The translations under genes and the position numbers were made by a program. The notes below the pieces were generated by a model. That model was not told the DNA's origin and searched no databases. It was given only the letters and a program-made list of their open reading frames with translations. Below, piece by piece: positions 1 to 13,795 of a stretch of DNA of 64,000 nucleotides (within the stretch, counting starts at the first letter, position 1; the number at the start of each line of letters is the position of its first letter). The DNA comes from Octopus vulgaris (taxonomy: Eukaryota). The stretch lies in NCBI GenBank assembly GCA_951406725.2, contig OX597824.1:1178001-1242000 (forward strand), given 5' to 3'.

Positions 1-606
1 CTTTTCCTATCATTGTTTTAGCCCTTCTCTTTCCTCTTCCTTTGCATCCCTCCATCTGGGTCTTAGTTTCTTTTCTTCTTTTTTTCATTTCCTTGCGATC
101 TGTCTTTCTCTCTTCGATGGTCCACCCTTTGCCGATGATTCTCCATCCCCTGCTGCTTCAAGTCCAAATGTTTTCTCTCCTTCATGATAGATCATATTAG
201 CCAAGTTCTCGAGCCTTTTTTTCGTTGTCTCCTTTGAATTTCATGGTCGTTCTTGCTACCACGTCGTCGAATTTCTTATAGCTTCCTGCATCATTTACTT
301 TCAGCCACTTAACCTTTGGTTTCTTCACGCCTTTATCTTTTCTTGGCTGTTCCGATTCAACTGCAGATGGACCTTCGCTATGGTTTCTTTCCAGGGGTTT
401 CTAGCCACACGTCTTCTGGTTTTTTAACTCGCGCTGGTGAATCACTTTCTTCTGACACCTTTCCTTGGTGAATTCTAAGCCCGATGTAACTAGAAAACCA
501 TTTTACATGAACAGTAAAAGAAAATTTTATTCTAAAACTTTTATTTGCTGAACTTTTAAATATTTTGTCATTTATATATGTTTATATATATATGGGTTTT
601 TTTTAG

Positions 607-1056
607 GCGCAGACCGTTCAATCTTCAATTGATGGAGGGAAACTAACTGTCCGCGCCAATGAACCAGCCATCACTTTCATTCATCTTCACATTCCAAATG
701 AAGGCGTATGTAACATCGCTATCAAATTGAGTTTACCGCCAGTTTCATTGTCATCATTTGATATTTGCAAATTATCTGTAGTAAGCAGCGGAATCAACAT
801 ACCTTGTATGAAAGAGAAGCAAAAGTTCTATCTGAATGCGGAAGGCGAAGCATTTTTGAATCTTGGAACAGTAAAGGCATTCAAGGCAGGCAACGAAACA
901 GATAATGGAATTATAATACAACTGGTAGTTAAACCCAGAGCCTCTATTACAAAAGGAACTTACGTTGTAAATGCAGAAGTAACGTCGGAATCAACGACAA
1001 CCGATGTCAAACAGTTGACTTATAACGTTAATGTTTTCAACGACTCCATTACAGCA
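607..1056 (+). CDS. Exon 1 (in window) of large repeat/F5-8C protein gene; repeat R1
   Basis: tttttag acceptor, open frame AQTVQSSIDGG...ICKLSVVSSGINIPC...FNDSITA, gtaaga donor; phase 0/0. Upstream exons lie outside the window. Confidence 0.9.
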
Positions 1057-1155
1057 GTAAGAATCAATTTTTGTATACATCATTAACTGTTTTAACATTT
1101 CTTATCAAGAAAACTTGAGTTAACAAAATTAAAATGTTTATTATGTAAGCATATA

Positions 1156-1283
1156 CGAGGGGTGTATGAAAAGTCTTGAACCTCAAAAAAACCAACAAAA
1201 ACATGGTACAAGACTTCTGATGAAGGTACATGACTTCAAGGCTCGAAGGTCTTGAAGGCCCAAATCTTTTCATGCATCCCTCG
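1156..1283. mobile_element. Tc1/mariner-type MITE
   Basis: Imperfect TIRs cgaggggtgtatgaaaag / cttttcatgcatccctcg flanked by TA on both sides. Confidence 0.7.
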
Positions 1284-2414
1284 TATATCTACACGCACAT
1301 GCCCGCCCACGCGCACATACCCACCCACGCGCACATACGCCCACAAATACATCATATATGTATATACGGTGCCCCAGCTTGGCCACAGCCTCAAAGTTGA
1401 AACATGTATAAGAATAAGATACACACACACACACATATATATATATTCAACAAAAACAATAATAATATTTAACAAAAATATCTTTATATGACGGTTCGAC
1501 CGTCTTCCAAGCAAATCGGAAGGAGTAATTGAAGTAGATGGTGAATATGCTCCGGAATAATCATTTAAAGATGTTTTTGTTACATGTTGTTATTGCCTTT
1601 GTTGAATAAAGTTTGTTGAAAAAAGCCGCAATAGTTATGCACCAACCCAATATACCTATATCTATCTCTATATATAATATATATACTTCATGACATACTT
1701 AGATTGTTGAAAAAATCGATAATAGGGCCCACCCAACAGATCCTCCTATCTACTACATATTACTAATATGTTATTTAAACGCCCCAAGGGAAATAACCCT
1801 TACCAGCCAACCTAATTCTGCATTTCACTACTCACAGTTTTGAACTGCTAAACATTATTATTGTACTTCCTTAATTTGTTTCTTAAACACTAAGGACTTC
1901 ATTCACACATTTCTATACATACATACTTTTCTTGAATGTCCATTACTCTGATAATTCTGCATTTTTGCAGTTACACTTTTTCCATGACAGTGGATAAATT
2001 TTTTTTTCCACAACGTATTTGTTGTGGCTTCATGCAAACCTAGCGTGGATTCGATCCTCGATTGTCAAATTTCACTTAACACTTCAACAACACCTTTCTC
2101 ACGGTAAAAGAAATAGTTTTTCTGAACGACAACTTCTCTCGCTAACCACCGAAAACCTCCGACAACCTCTCCCTCCTCCAGCTGACAGTTTTTGTACTTT
2201 TCGTGACGGAAAATACAAATTTTGTGGCAGTTATAATGAAAGTGCTTTCTTATATCAGAGTAATAAGGCGTTTCAATAGAACAGCTTTACCTCCGGGAAT
2301 TGTGTGCACTTACGTATGTTTCCCCATCTATGTGTGTTTGTGTGTGCATCTGCGCATTTGTCTTTCACTGCTTTGTGTTTGTTTCTTCGTAAGTTATCGC
2401 TCGGGTAAAAATGA

Positions 2415-2488
<74 letters not shown>

Positions 2489-2860
2489 AATACAAGAGTT
2501 CAAATGGCTACAGTAGTCGCTTGATTCGATGGCCTCCACGTTTCAAGGCAGTCTACCGAAATGGTTGTAATCCAATGACTAAAATAATTAAGGATGAGGA
2601 AATGAACAAAATTAAGTGATGCCGCGATAGACTTCATCCTAAACCTTTCAAAGCAATGATTGTAATACAACGACTGAAAATACAAGTTGCAACGAAAAGA
2701 AAGAAAAAAAACCAGGTTCTTCATGTTTTAACAGCAAAAGCACATTATACACCTTTTCCATACCGCAAAGAAGGGCACTGTTAAAAAAATCCCGTTACGC
2801 AGCACGAAAACGCTATCCTATTATGCCTATGTTTACTCGCGTTACATTCATAGTCACGTG

Positions 2861-3228
2861 GTGGAGGTGCAGTGGCTCAGTGGTTAGGGCAACGGACTCG
2901 CGGTCGTAGGATCGCGGTTTCGATTCCCAGACCGGGCGTTGTGACTGTTTATTGAGCGAAAACGTCTAAAAGCTGCACGAGGCTCCGACAGGGGAGAGGG
3001 CTGGCGGTGAACCCTGCTGTACTCTTTCACCACAACTTTCTCTCACTCTTTCTTCCTGTTTCTGTTGTACCTGTATTTCAAAGGGCCAGCCTTGTTACCC
3101 TCCGTGTCACGCTGAATCGTCCCGAGAACTACGTTAAGGGTACACTTGCACGTTAATTTCACGAGCAGGCTGTTCCGTTGAGCAGATCAACTGGGACACT
3201 CGTCATTGTAACCGACGGAGTACCACAA
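2861..3228 (+). mobile_element. tRNA-derived SINE family A, full length
   Basis: Pol III A box tggctcagtgg, B box gtttcgattccc; 11-bp TSD ATAGTCACGTG at 2850-2860 and 3229-3239; homologous copies elsewhere in the window. Confidence 0.9.
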
Positions 3229-3330
3229 ATAGTCACGTGACACATAGCAGGTCTTTCTGACCCACTCTGTTATAAAATAATTATTTCATCTCATTTGATA
3301 TATTTTAATTAATCTCCGTTTTATTTGTAG

Positions 3331-3593
3331 AATGATACTTATAAACCAGTAGGTGCAATAAGCGTACAGAACGACAAACAGACAATTTTACAAGGAGAAA
3401 GTACAAGAGTCTCTGTAAACATCACTTTCCCGGAGGCAGCAACAATCCCTGTGATAGAAATTGAGTCGTTCGCGGTGGGGGCTAATGGAATGCACCTGTT
3501 CACTCTTTGCAAAGCAGAGATTGCGTGGGTCGGCAGAAATATACAATGTCTGAATTTAACGAGGACCAAGGAGCTGATGCAATTCACAGTGAA
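3331..3593 (+). CDS. Exon 2; N-half of repeat R2
   Basis: tttgtag acceptor; NDTYKPVG...LCKAEIAWVGRNIQC...QFTV(K); gtaact donor, phase 2, matches the next exon. Confidence 0.88.
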
Positions 3594-3639
3594 GTAACTA
3601 CTTTATTTTCCATCGACTTCTTCGTTTTCATTGTTACAA

Positions 3640-4125
3640 TCGTCGTCGTCGTCGTCCTCCTCCTCCTCCCCTCCTCCTCCTCCTCATCATCATCATTATC
3701 ATCATCATCATCACCATCATCATCGCCATCATCGTCGTCGTCGTCGTCCTCCTCCTCCTCATCATCATCATCACCATCATCATCATCGCCATCATCGTCC
3801 TCCTCCTCCTCCTCCTCATCATCATCATCATCATCATTATCATCATCATCACCATCATCATCATCGCCATCATTGTCGTCATCCTCCTCCTCCACCTCCT
3901 CCTCCTCCTCATCATTATCATCATCATCACCATCATCATCATCGTCATCCTCCTCCTCCTCCTCCTCCTCCTTCTCCTCATCATCATCATCATCATTATC
4001 ATCATCATCATCGCCATCATTGTCGTCATCCTCCTCCTCCTCCTCCTCCTCCTCCTCCTCATCATCATCATCATCATTATCATCATCATCATCGCCATCA
4101 TCGTTGTCGTCCTTGTCGATGTCGT
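3640..4125. repeat. Compound trinucleotide repeat (TCA/TCC/TCG)n
   Basis: Alternating blocks with a recurring higher-order unit. Confidence 0.95.
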
Positions 4126-4195
4126 CGAAGAGCGAATACTTACGTTGATTCACAAACATTCTGAAATATCTTACCTACGTTTGCGTAGAATCCAT

Positions 4196-4241
<46 letters not shown>

Positions 4242-4837
4242 CTTTTTTTTCCGATCCCTTTTGATCGGAATTTTACTTTTTTTCTCTTTTTTTCCCTTTT
4301 TGTTTTTCATTTCGAAAGAAATTTAAATTTAAATTTAAATAGCTATGTTCTCTAACCCGGCAAAATTGACTGCAAAAAATTGTTTTCTGCAGAAATATTT
4401 CCGTATTTTCGTGCGCCAAAAGTAAGACTTTTGTAATATAACCTCAAATGTTATTAGTAAATCTGTATGCATGTTCGATCTCGTGCGGACGTCTCGTGTA
4501 TAGTTCTGCAAAATATATTTTCCTATGACAATCACACCGATGAGTTGCGGACAATTACGTAAGTGGCAACACCAAAACCGGATTTCTGATTAATCTTTTC
4601 ATTTGTCTTGCTCGCTTACTTTCTGGCGTTTGCTAAATCTTCTTGAGACCAATCCTTTCTTAATGGTAAGACTATAGGGGGTCTATTTCTAGCAAATTGG
4701 ATATCCAATTAGTGGTCACCCCTCTTATATTTATGTAATATAATTTTTCTGAATCTTCAGATTTTTCTATATGCTAGACCACTGGTTTTAAATTGATATT
4801 AATCAAATTAATATTCAATTTTTCACCCTTATTTTAA

Positions 4838-5250
<413 letters not shown>

Positions 5251-5287
5251 TTATATATTCACCCACGTGCTTTCACAAATCAACTTT

Positions 5288-5343
<56 letters not shown>

Positions 5344-5561
5344 TGTATGTATATATAAATGAATATATGTATGTATATATGTATATATGCATATAGGTAT
5401 GTATATAGGTATATATGCATAAATATGTATTTCGCGCCAGCTGTTTCTGTTACAGGATGTGGTGTTCTCTTAATTATCTACCAGGATAACATCCTACAGC
5501 TCCATCAGCTAAATATCCAGTGCACTTTCCCAATAAACATCTCTCTTTCTCTCTCTCTCTG

Positions 5562-5624
<63 letters not shown>

Positions 5625-5908
5625 ATCCTCTACTTATTACCGCTATCTGTTCCTTAGCTACTCGTTTTTTTTCTGCCGTTTTTACATTTAAACCAGTAAC
5701 GGTTTCAGATCAACGTAATACTCCTGATAATTTGGGTAAAGATTACTTTTAAATTATTATCTAAATCAATTTAATTAATTAGGTAACTTAACGCAACATC
5801 AGCAACAATCATGTGTATTGCTGTGAAATTTATGCTTCTTGCCATTTTGTTTCCTCTCTCGCCATATTTAGGGCTGGGGCGTTATACACGTGAATGTTTG
5901 TATGTATA

Positions 5909-5943
<35 letters not shown>

Positions 5944-6205
5944 GTCTGTGTATACATATTGTTTTACTCTTTATTCTTCTAACAACTATTTTATTCCTTC
6001 ATAAACTTTGAATTCCTCGTGTAGAACATCCATACACACCGTATCTCTGATGACGGTATAACCTATACTTGGGATATCTCAGACACAGCTATAAGACATC
6101 CAATGATTAATTAATTAATTACTTCAAATTCACCTTACTCTAATTAAATTATTCTAAATGACTTGAGATACTCGTCCTGTCCTGGTTTTTGCTGTCCCTT
6201 TCCTT

Positions 6206-6279
<74 letters not shown>

Positions 6280-6280
6280 G

Positions 6281-9200
6281 CCAACGTGGACATGGAGCAA
6301 CCGCATTGGGTCGTCGAGATCGTATCTAGATAGGATACTATGCAGGACAGCAGATAGGGATAGCTTAGGATGTCCACAATTCCACATAGTCAGCTACATA
6401 GATCACAAACTTATGACGTGTACGCTAGACTTAGATAAGGCACATAGGCAGGGTCCTGGTTACTGGAAACTGAACGCGTCTTTCCCGTCGAGACAGGTTT
6501 TCAGAAACCGAATTAGCACACTAGTAAAGAGGGCTTTGACGGGAGCCGTCGTCAACAACAAATGGTGGTTTGCCCTCAAGAGAGCAGTAAAAGCAGAAGC
6601 CATTAGGTATAGCAAGGCACTAGCCATAGATAGAAACAGAGTAGAGGGTGAGCTAGTTAAGAAGTTAGAAGAGGCAATAAGAAGCGGCATCACATCCGAC
6701 GTTTTGGCGGCGAGGCTGGCCCTCGACCAACACTTCAACGTCAAACACGAAGGGTTTGCTGTCAGGGCTAGGATGCGTGCTCTAAGGATGGAAGGTGTTG
6801 GAGCCGCGAGAGAGGCCCGGGTGGCGGAGGCGCAACGGGGTAACAAAGCCACCATTCGGTCTCTGGTAGATGAACAGGGACGCAAGTTGCTCAAGCCCAG
6901 CAAGATGTGCGAGGCGTTTCAGCAGCATTTTGCCCGACTGTTCGGGAGGAGTGGCGAGCGAGAACGCAGTTTGAACTTCAGTGACTATCTGCACAGCCTG
7001 CCACGAATCTCGACAAAAGAGGCGGAGTGCTGCGAAGGTGCCATCACGGCGGCGGATGTGAGGGACGCAATGGCAGAATGCTTGAGAGACAAATCGCCGG
7101 GTGTGGATGGTCTGCCCTACGAGTTTTATAATTGTATGCCAGACTTGTTTGGAGACGTCTTGCCAGCGGTATACTGCAACTTGCAGCAAAACGGGTGCAT
7201 GCCCGGTTTTGAGAGTCGAGGAGCCGTAACGCTGCTGAAGAAAGATCCAAACAAGGGGGACATTATAGATAACTTTAGGTCCATCACTCTGCACAATGCA
7301 GACCTGAACATTTTGACCAAGGTGTTAGCCAAGAGGTTGGCGCTTGTCATCGACAAGCTGGTTGACAAGGCGCAAACGTGCGCCGTGCCGGGCCGGAGCA
7401 CCCATGACAACCTCCATCTGATGCGCTACATCATAGACAGAGTAGTTAAGGAACCTGGCATGGGTGGGGCCCTGATCAACTTGGATCAATCGAAAACATT
7501 CGATAGGGTAGACCATCGATACTTGGAGGCAGTCCTGAGAGCGGCTGGTCCGTCAGGGATGCCCCCTCTCGTCGCTTCTATAGTATTGACTCTCGAGCCA
7601 CTACTGTGTAAGCTGGCGACTCTGAGGGGCATCCCGCGAGAGCTGGGATGCGGGACGAGCGTGTCTGCATACGCGGACGACGTCACAGTCATAGTGTCAA
7701 GCCACGAGCATATCGAGCTGGTCGGCGAGACACTGAAAGACTACGAAGCGGTGATAGGAGCGAAAATCAACCGGGAAAAGTCAGTGGGCTTGCGGCTCGG
7801 CACCTAGAGAAGCAAGCCCATGCCGTCCACCAGTGCCTCCGTCGTGGGACGCTGAACAGACGGTCCGGTTGAGTTGCTCGAGGTCTGGTTCGGTCCGTAC
7901 CTCCAAATGGAGAAGACCTGGAACGAGATAACGAGTAGGGTGGTCACTCTCGCCCGGCAATGGGCCGAGAGGAAACTGTCCCTAAAAGGTCGGGTGGAGG
8001 TGGCGAACACGTACATCGCGTCCATCATCTACTACTGCCTGACCGTCGTACCTTGTCCCGACCCTACCATCACCAAACTAGAACGCACTCTCTTCCGTTT
8101 CTTCTAGAAAGGATGCGTCCCGATGTTCAGGCGATCCATTTGCTGTCAACACCCATTAAAAGGAGGGCTGGGTATGCCGTGGTTGATGATGCGCACACGC
8201 GCGCTGAGACTGCGACATCTCCAGCTCTATGTAGACGACGGTGAACAAGTGTGGTCACCGTTTGTGAGGCACGCTTTCCCGCAGCTCGTCTCCATGACCG
8301 AACTGCAGTCGTGGATCAAAAAGAGGCCGAGGAAGGGCGAATGGCACCGCGAGTGTCGCGTTTGCTCTCAAGCAACTCTGTCGTCCAGGACCAAACTTGT
8401 GCGACTTCATTACAACAAAGACATTCTATAGAAGATTAGTGAGGGAGGGGAGGTTCTCGGGCAGAATCAAGCCGTCGACGCGGAACACCTGACCCGCCTG
8501 TTCAGGACAAATTTCGGGCCCGGTTCCTATGGAGAATCACCAAAGATCCCTGGCCTGGCAGTGTTATCACGAAGCATTACCTGTTCGGGATAAGCTGTAC
8601 AGGCACGGTTCGAAACACACCAGACCGACTTGCCCGAGATACAGTCAGAGAGACGAAACCGTTCTGCACGCACTCGTGCAGTGTCCAGCCATCTCGGACC
8701 TGTGGGCTTATGCCGAACGGCTCCTGTCACACGTGGGACGAGTCCGCCTGTCGGCTGAGTCTATCCTTAGAATTGCTCAGCCACCTTCCCTCAACCGGGA
8801 AATCAGGGCACGCTTAATCGTACTGGTGGCCATGGTGAAAGAATGTATGTGGTAGACTCCAGCGAAAGGATTAGAAACAAACACTTGCCTCTCTGGCCAG
8901 TCGCTCGTCAACTTTTTCAAGTATCACTTGGAAAGGAAGGTGAGAATGGAGAGGCAGGTTTTGTCTCGTGAAAGTTTCAGAAAAAAGTGGGTGAATGTAG
9001 CAAAGATGGTGCGTGCGAGTGACAAAACCGCTTTGAGCATGATCCTGTAAATCGTAAAATGAGAGAGAGATAGCAAAAGAGAGATAGAGAACTTTGCTCT
9101 CATGTGCTTATTCCCTCCCTGTCTGAGGTTGCCGTGTTCTTTTCCGTAGGCTTTTCTTTCCACGGATAAACCTAATCTTTTTGCATTATTTTTTCTTATT

Positions 9201-9290
9201 TTCCCCTTTTCTTTCATTTTCGAAAAGAAAAGCTCTACATTTGTATTTATCCCCTCTGTGTTCAGCCCGATGTGGGCAATAAAGAAAGTA
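6281..9290 (+). mobile_element. 5'-truncated L1/Tx1-clade LINE (ORF2: APE end, RT, Zn finger), decayed
   Basis: TWTWSN...SYLDRI...DHK...GPGYWKLN, KSPGVDGLPYEFY, DQSKTFDRVDH, YADDV, GGLG, TCPR...ETVLHALVQC; in-frame stops at 7805 and 8105; aataaa tail; (TATC)n on both flanks. Confidence 0.93.
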
Positions 9291-9423
<133 letters not shown>

Positions 9424-9488
9424 TACATGCATACACACATAGCTTATACCATGCAATCATTTATGCATGATGTTTTCTATTCACACAG

Positions 9489-9723
9489 GCCGGAATCAGA
9501 TGACTTTGATTACAAAGTGAAAGTACCCTTTGAAGATATATGCTTGACAGATCTATTCACGGAACCATACGACAACACTATAACTATAGATCTAACCTAC
9601 AGACTCGATGCTGCAATTCCCAGTAACAAAACATGGATTACGGCAGGTTTGACATTGAATAAAAAATTGTGGGTCGGCCAAGTTGCCATTCAGGAGAAAA
9701 CTGGTATCGCAGATGTCATGCCT
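9489..9723 (+). CDS. Exon 3; C-half of R2
   Basis: cacacag acceptor; (K)PESDDFDYKVKVPFEDIC...GIADVMP; gtaaat donor; phase 2/0. Confidence 0.88.
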
Positions 9724-9844
9724 GTAAATACACATTCCCATCTTAACTTCCACTTTTCTTTCTTATTTTTTCATTGGTTTAAATTCTTCTGGTTTTCTTT
9801 CGTTTATGTGAACAAGAAAGTAACGGCAGAAGGAAATTTAAATC

Positions 9845-10050
9845 TGTCTGGGGAGAGTCATTTTATTTTTGTGCCTTACTATATAACACACTCACCGGTA
9901 AAATTTCCACGTTTTTCTTATTTTTATTGTCCTAAAGGTTGCAAGACGCAACGAAAATTTTAGGAAAATAAAAATAAGAAAAACGTGGAAATTTTACCAG
10001 TGAGTGTGTTACATAATAAGGCTCAAAAAGAAAATGACTCTCCCCAGACA
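9845..10050. repeat. Imperfect inverted repeat (Penelope-type remnant)
   Basis: tgtctggggagagtcattt...aaatgactctccccagaca arms with an internal gttgc/gcaac hairpin followed by GAAA. Confidence 0.8.
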
Positions 10051-10562
10051 CTATAGAATATGCTTCACCACACGAACTCATATAAAGAATCTTGCAAACC
10101 AAATCCAAAAACGAAATTTAAATGATTTCACAGTAAAAGTCTTCACTTTGTTGAGATCAACGATGTAATGCTATATCTATGAACACAATAGGACATGGCG
10201 TTTCACCCAGATATTTTACCGCGAATAGATTATCACACACATTTTTTCTCAAGTTAACCTTTGCGTTTCCTCTGTATCACTTATGATACTCAGGACATAT
10301 TTCGCTGGCGTCCATATAAAATACATATTCTCAATCGTTTTCAGACACCAGAGTAATTTTGGACTTACCCGAGAGCATCATACAAACAAATTATAAAGCA
10401 AGGGCTAAATAAAAGTCTGAAAACAAACATGGATGCTTAGGACAAATTTATGAAAATGCTTGGAGCAGGCAAAGGCTTAAGATAGTTTCGTGGGTGCCAT
10501 TGGTTTGCGCTCAAATGCTTAGATAGTTTTAATCCTATATTTATTATTAATTCTACTTCTCC

Positions 10563-10797
10563 GAAGGCGGCGAGCTGGCAGAATCGTTAGTAGGCCGGGC
10601 GACATGCTTAGCAGTATTTCGTCTGTCGTTACGTTCTCAGTTCAAATTCCGCCGAGGTCGACTTTGCCTTTCATCCTTTCGGGGTCGATTAAATAAGTAC
10701 CAGTTACGCACTGGGGTCAATATAATCGACTTAACCCGTTTGTCTGTCCTTGTTTGACCTCTCCGTGTTTAGCCTCTTGTGGGTAGTAAAGAAATAA
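10563..10797 (+). mobile_element. SINE family B (tRNA head, Deu/Nin-like central domain)
   Basis: gagctggcagaatcgttag...gttcaaattcc B box...gcctttcatcctttcggggtcgat core; 5 or more copies in the window. Confidence 0.85.
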
Positions 10798-11229
10798 GAA
10801 TCCTTAAAGCATCGAAAAAATGCTTTTCCGGCATTTCTTCCGGCTCATTACATTATGTTTCCAAATTCTGTCGAGGTCAAATTTAACTTTCATCGATGCA
10901 ACAGAATCTAGAGATCGACAAACATATCTCATCACGGGGCGTCTTCATATATGTACACCGAAAGAAAAGCATTAAACACATGTACACTCAATCTTAGCTC
11001 TTAGTCCCACTACTTGCAAATACAACAACAATAACAAACACCTCACTGACACAAGCACCTCCTCTATACAAACCACTCACAGCACATAGATATACTCGCA
11101 CACACATTCGCAGTCACTCGGTTAACCATTACACATGACGTCTACTCACGCAGACACATAGACGACCTCACCTATATACACACATAGTCATCGACGCACC
11201 ATTTATGCAAGCACACACACATACACACA

Positions 11230-11487
11230 TTAAAATAATAATAATGAAATTATTGTATACAGTGCTCAGGTGCACCACAACTTGTCAAAAGTGCATATAA
11301 AGCATATGCAGTAATGTACAAATGTCTGGAAAGTGAACAGTGTATGAGTCAGATGGATGCTTGCGTGTGTATGGAGAGGATCAGGTGTAGTGTTGGCGAA
11401 TCTCAGGAAGCATGGAAGTTTTGAAGGATGCAGTGCTCCGACAACTAACAACTGATGCCGGCAGTTTGTTCCATGCTTCAGCAACGC
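11230..11487 (-). mobile_element. CR1/L2-like LINE 3' end
   Basis: Minus strand reads VAEAWNKLPASVVSCRSTASFK, then a 3' UTR ending in (tta)n. Confidence 0.65.
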
Positions 11488-11945
11488 ACACTTATGAAGC
11501 ATTTTCTATTGCACATACAAACATGCACACATAGGCGGCCACACAAAATGCAACTCAGTTTAATTTGTACACACGAAACACAAACTGATGGCGCACACGC
11601 ACGCACACATTGAGAAAGACAATATACATGTATATTTGAATTATATACACGCGTAAAAAACAGACGTCAGTTGACATGGAGATTGCAAAAAAATAACGCC
11701 AACATCGCTGCATGTAACAATTCTTACATGTACATACAGCAAACGTACACGCACACACACTTTGTAACATGGCTTCAAACACACACGCATTCAAATAATG
11801 TGAACATAATATGCATCTACGCTGCCTACATAAATGCACACACACCACTCCACGTACAGACGATCATATACACCTAATGAATGTCCCGTCTCCTCGTCTT
11901 GTATGAGTCACTATATGTTTCATTTTGTGCTCCTTTAATCCCTAG

Positions 11946-12231
11946 AACGGACCGCAACGTGTCGACTTCAGTGAAGTGAAAACGATGACCACTTTACCAA
12001 TCTCTTACATACAAGGCTATAACATCAGCATCAAGATTCCGCCTTTGTCTGCGGCCAAAGTAGTGGTGAAGGTCTCAAGCGATTCACCTGACCTTTCTAT
12101 CTGCTCAGTACGACTAGTAGCCAAAGGATCGAATATCGGATGCGTGAAGAATATAACCACAGAAGTTCTGGAGACGAATTCCCTTCTCAGGAAATCTATT
12201 GAAGTAGCTTTTGGACCCATTACGAATCTCG
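11946..12231 (+). CDS. Exon 4; N-half of R3
   Basis: ccctag acceptor; NGPQRVDF...ICSVRLVAKGSNIGC...FGPITNL(G); gtagat donor; phase 0/1. Confidence 0.88.
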
Positions 12232-12716
12232 GTAGATTTATTGTGTTTCTTACTATCGAACTTATTGAACATCGCTCTCTCTTTTTCATGTATGTATGTA
12301 TGTATGTATGTATGTATGTATGTATGTATGTATGTATGTATGTATGTATGTATGTATGTATGAATGTATGTATGTATGTATGTATGTATGAATGTATGTA
12401 TGTATGTATGTATGTATGTATGTATGTGTGTATGTATGTATATGTTTGTATGTATGTGTGTATGTATGTATGTGTGTTTGCATGTATGTATGTAGTATGC
12501 ATGTATGTATATATGTATGTGTGTATGCATGCATGTATGTATGTAGTATGTATGTATGTGTATGAATGCATGTCGTGTTTCTATGTATGTACGTACGTAT
12601 GTAAGCATGTATGTATGTATGTATGCACCAATATACTTATATCTATTTATATACATATATTTACAAGTGTACGTACATAATTATCTCTCGACAGTATCTC
12701 TCGCTCTCTCTCTCTC

Positions 12717-12756
<40 letters not shown>

Positions 12757-12825
12757 TGAATGCACACACATATATATATATGTGTGTATGTTTGCGCGTG
12801 GGTATGTATATATGTATGTATGTCC

Positions 12826-13385
12826 CTAGGCATTGCACCATCCCTCTAGATTAGTCAGCAGTGCCTGTGCAGAGTTTTAGGTCCAATAAGACTTGCACGA
12901 CACCTCACAGACCATCTCCACTCTGCTGACATTATCCAAAGACAAGATGGCTGGTACCAATATGAGTTACAGGCTCAGGGATGCGGGAGCACCATGATAT
13001 CAAGCATAAGCAGAAGACCCCCAAAATGTCCTGTGCCATTCCCTGCATATCTGGTTTTCTATCAGAGAAGCCTTCTCCAAGTGACATGCTTCAATAAGAT
13101 CTAAGGGTTGCCTCACTCCTAGAGGTCTTCCAGCTTGCCAGACACCATCCCGGAATTTCTGCTTGCTCGTGATCTTGATAGATAGTCGTTGAACTGGCAC
13201 TGCGTTCATCGGTCTTTTTAACTTTTTTTTTTTTTAGTCCTGTTGGGTTTCTAGTAACCCTCCTCACCAGGCTAGTCTGGTGGGGTGTAAAGGTTTAGTC
13301 GCCGATGGCCCGACCATGCAACAAGTTGTACAGGGTTCCATGTTACCAGTAACACTTATGAGAGCCTTACAGGTGACCTGACATA
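12826..13385. mobile_element. Probable decayed LINE (RTE-like) fragment
   Basis: GC-richer block bounded by microsatellites; no clean motif, so the assignment is tentative. Confidence 0.3.
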
Positions 13386-13596
13386 ATATATGTATATATA
13401 CAGACACACGTTCACAAAAAGATATGGCATGGACTGAATACTTAAAAACTTCGCTTCACAATAATGAGATCCAGTTTCGATCCTACGTCATGAAATCTTA
13501 TACAAATGCCATTTTCTAGAGCTTCAACTCAGTCTTCACTTTGTGAGGGAAAATGAGATTTGTATGTTTTATGTATGTATTCTCATGCCTATGTCC

Positions 13597-13634
<38 letters not shown>

Positions 13635-13795
13635 ATGTCTGTCTGTCTGTCTGTCTGTCTGTATGTATGTATGTATGTATTTATGCATGTATGTATGTAT
13701 GTATGTATGTATGTATGTATGTATACGCAGATTTGTATGTTTTATGTATGTATTCTCATACATATAGTTGCATATCTAGACATAATCATATATAT

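Noticed and set aside
1-490. Possible minus-strand LINE ORF remnant
   Set aside because: Purine-skewed and coding-like, but no diagnostic motif is readable
2861-2940. tRNA gene-like sequence
   Set aside because: It is the head of a multi-copy SINE with a TSD, not a stand-alone tRNA
3589-3590. Alternative donor gtgaag for exon 2
   Set aside because: It gives phase 0, incompatible with the phase-2 start of exon 3
3507-4164. Poly-Ser, poly-His/Pro and poly-Asp/Glu ORFs
   Set aside because: They are translations of an intronic trinucleotide repeat, with no splice context or complexity
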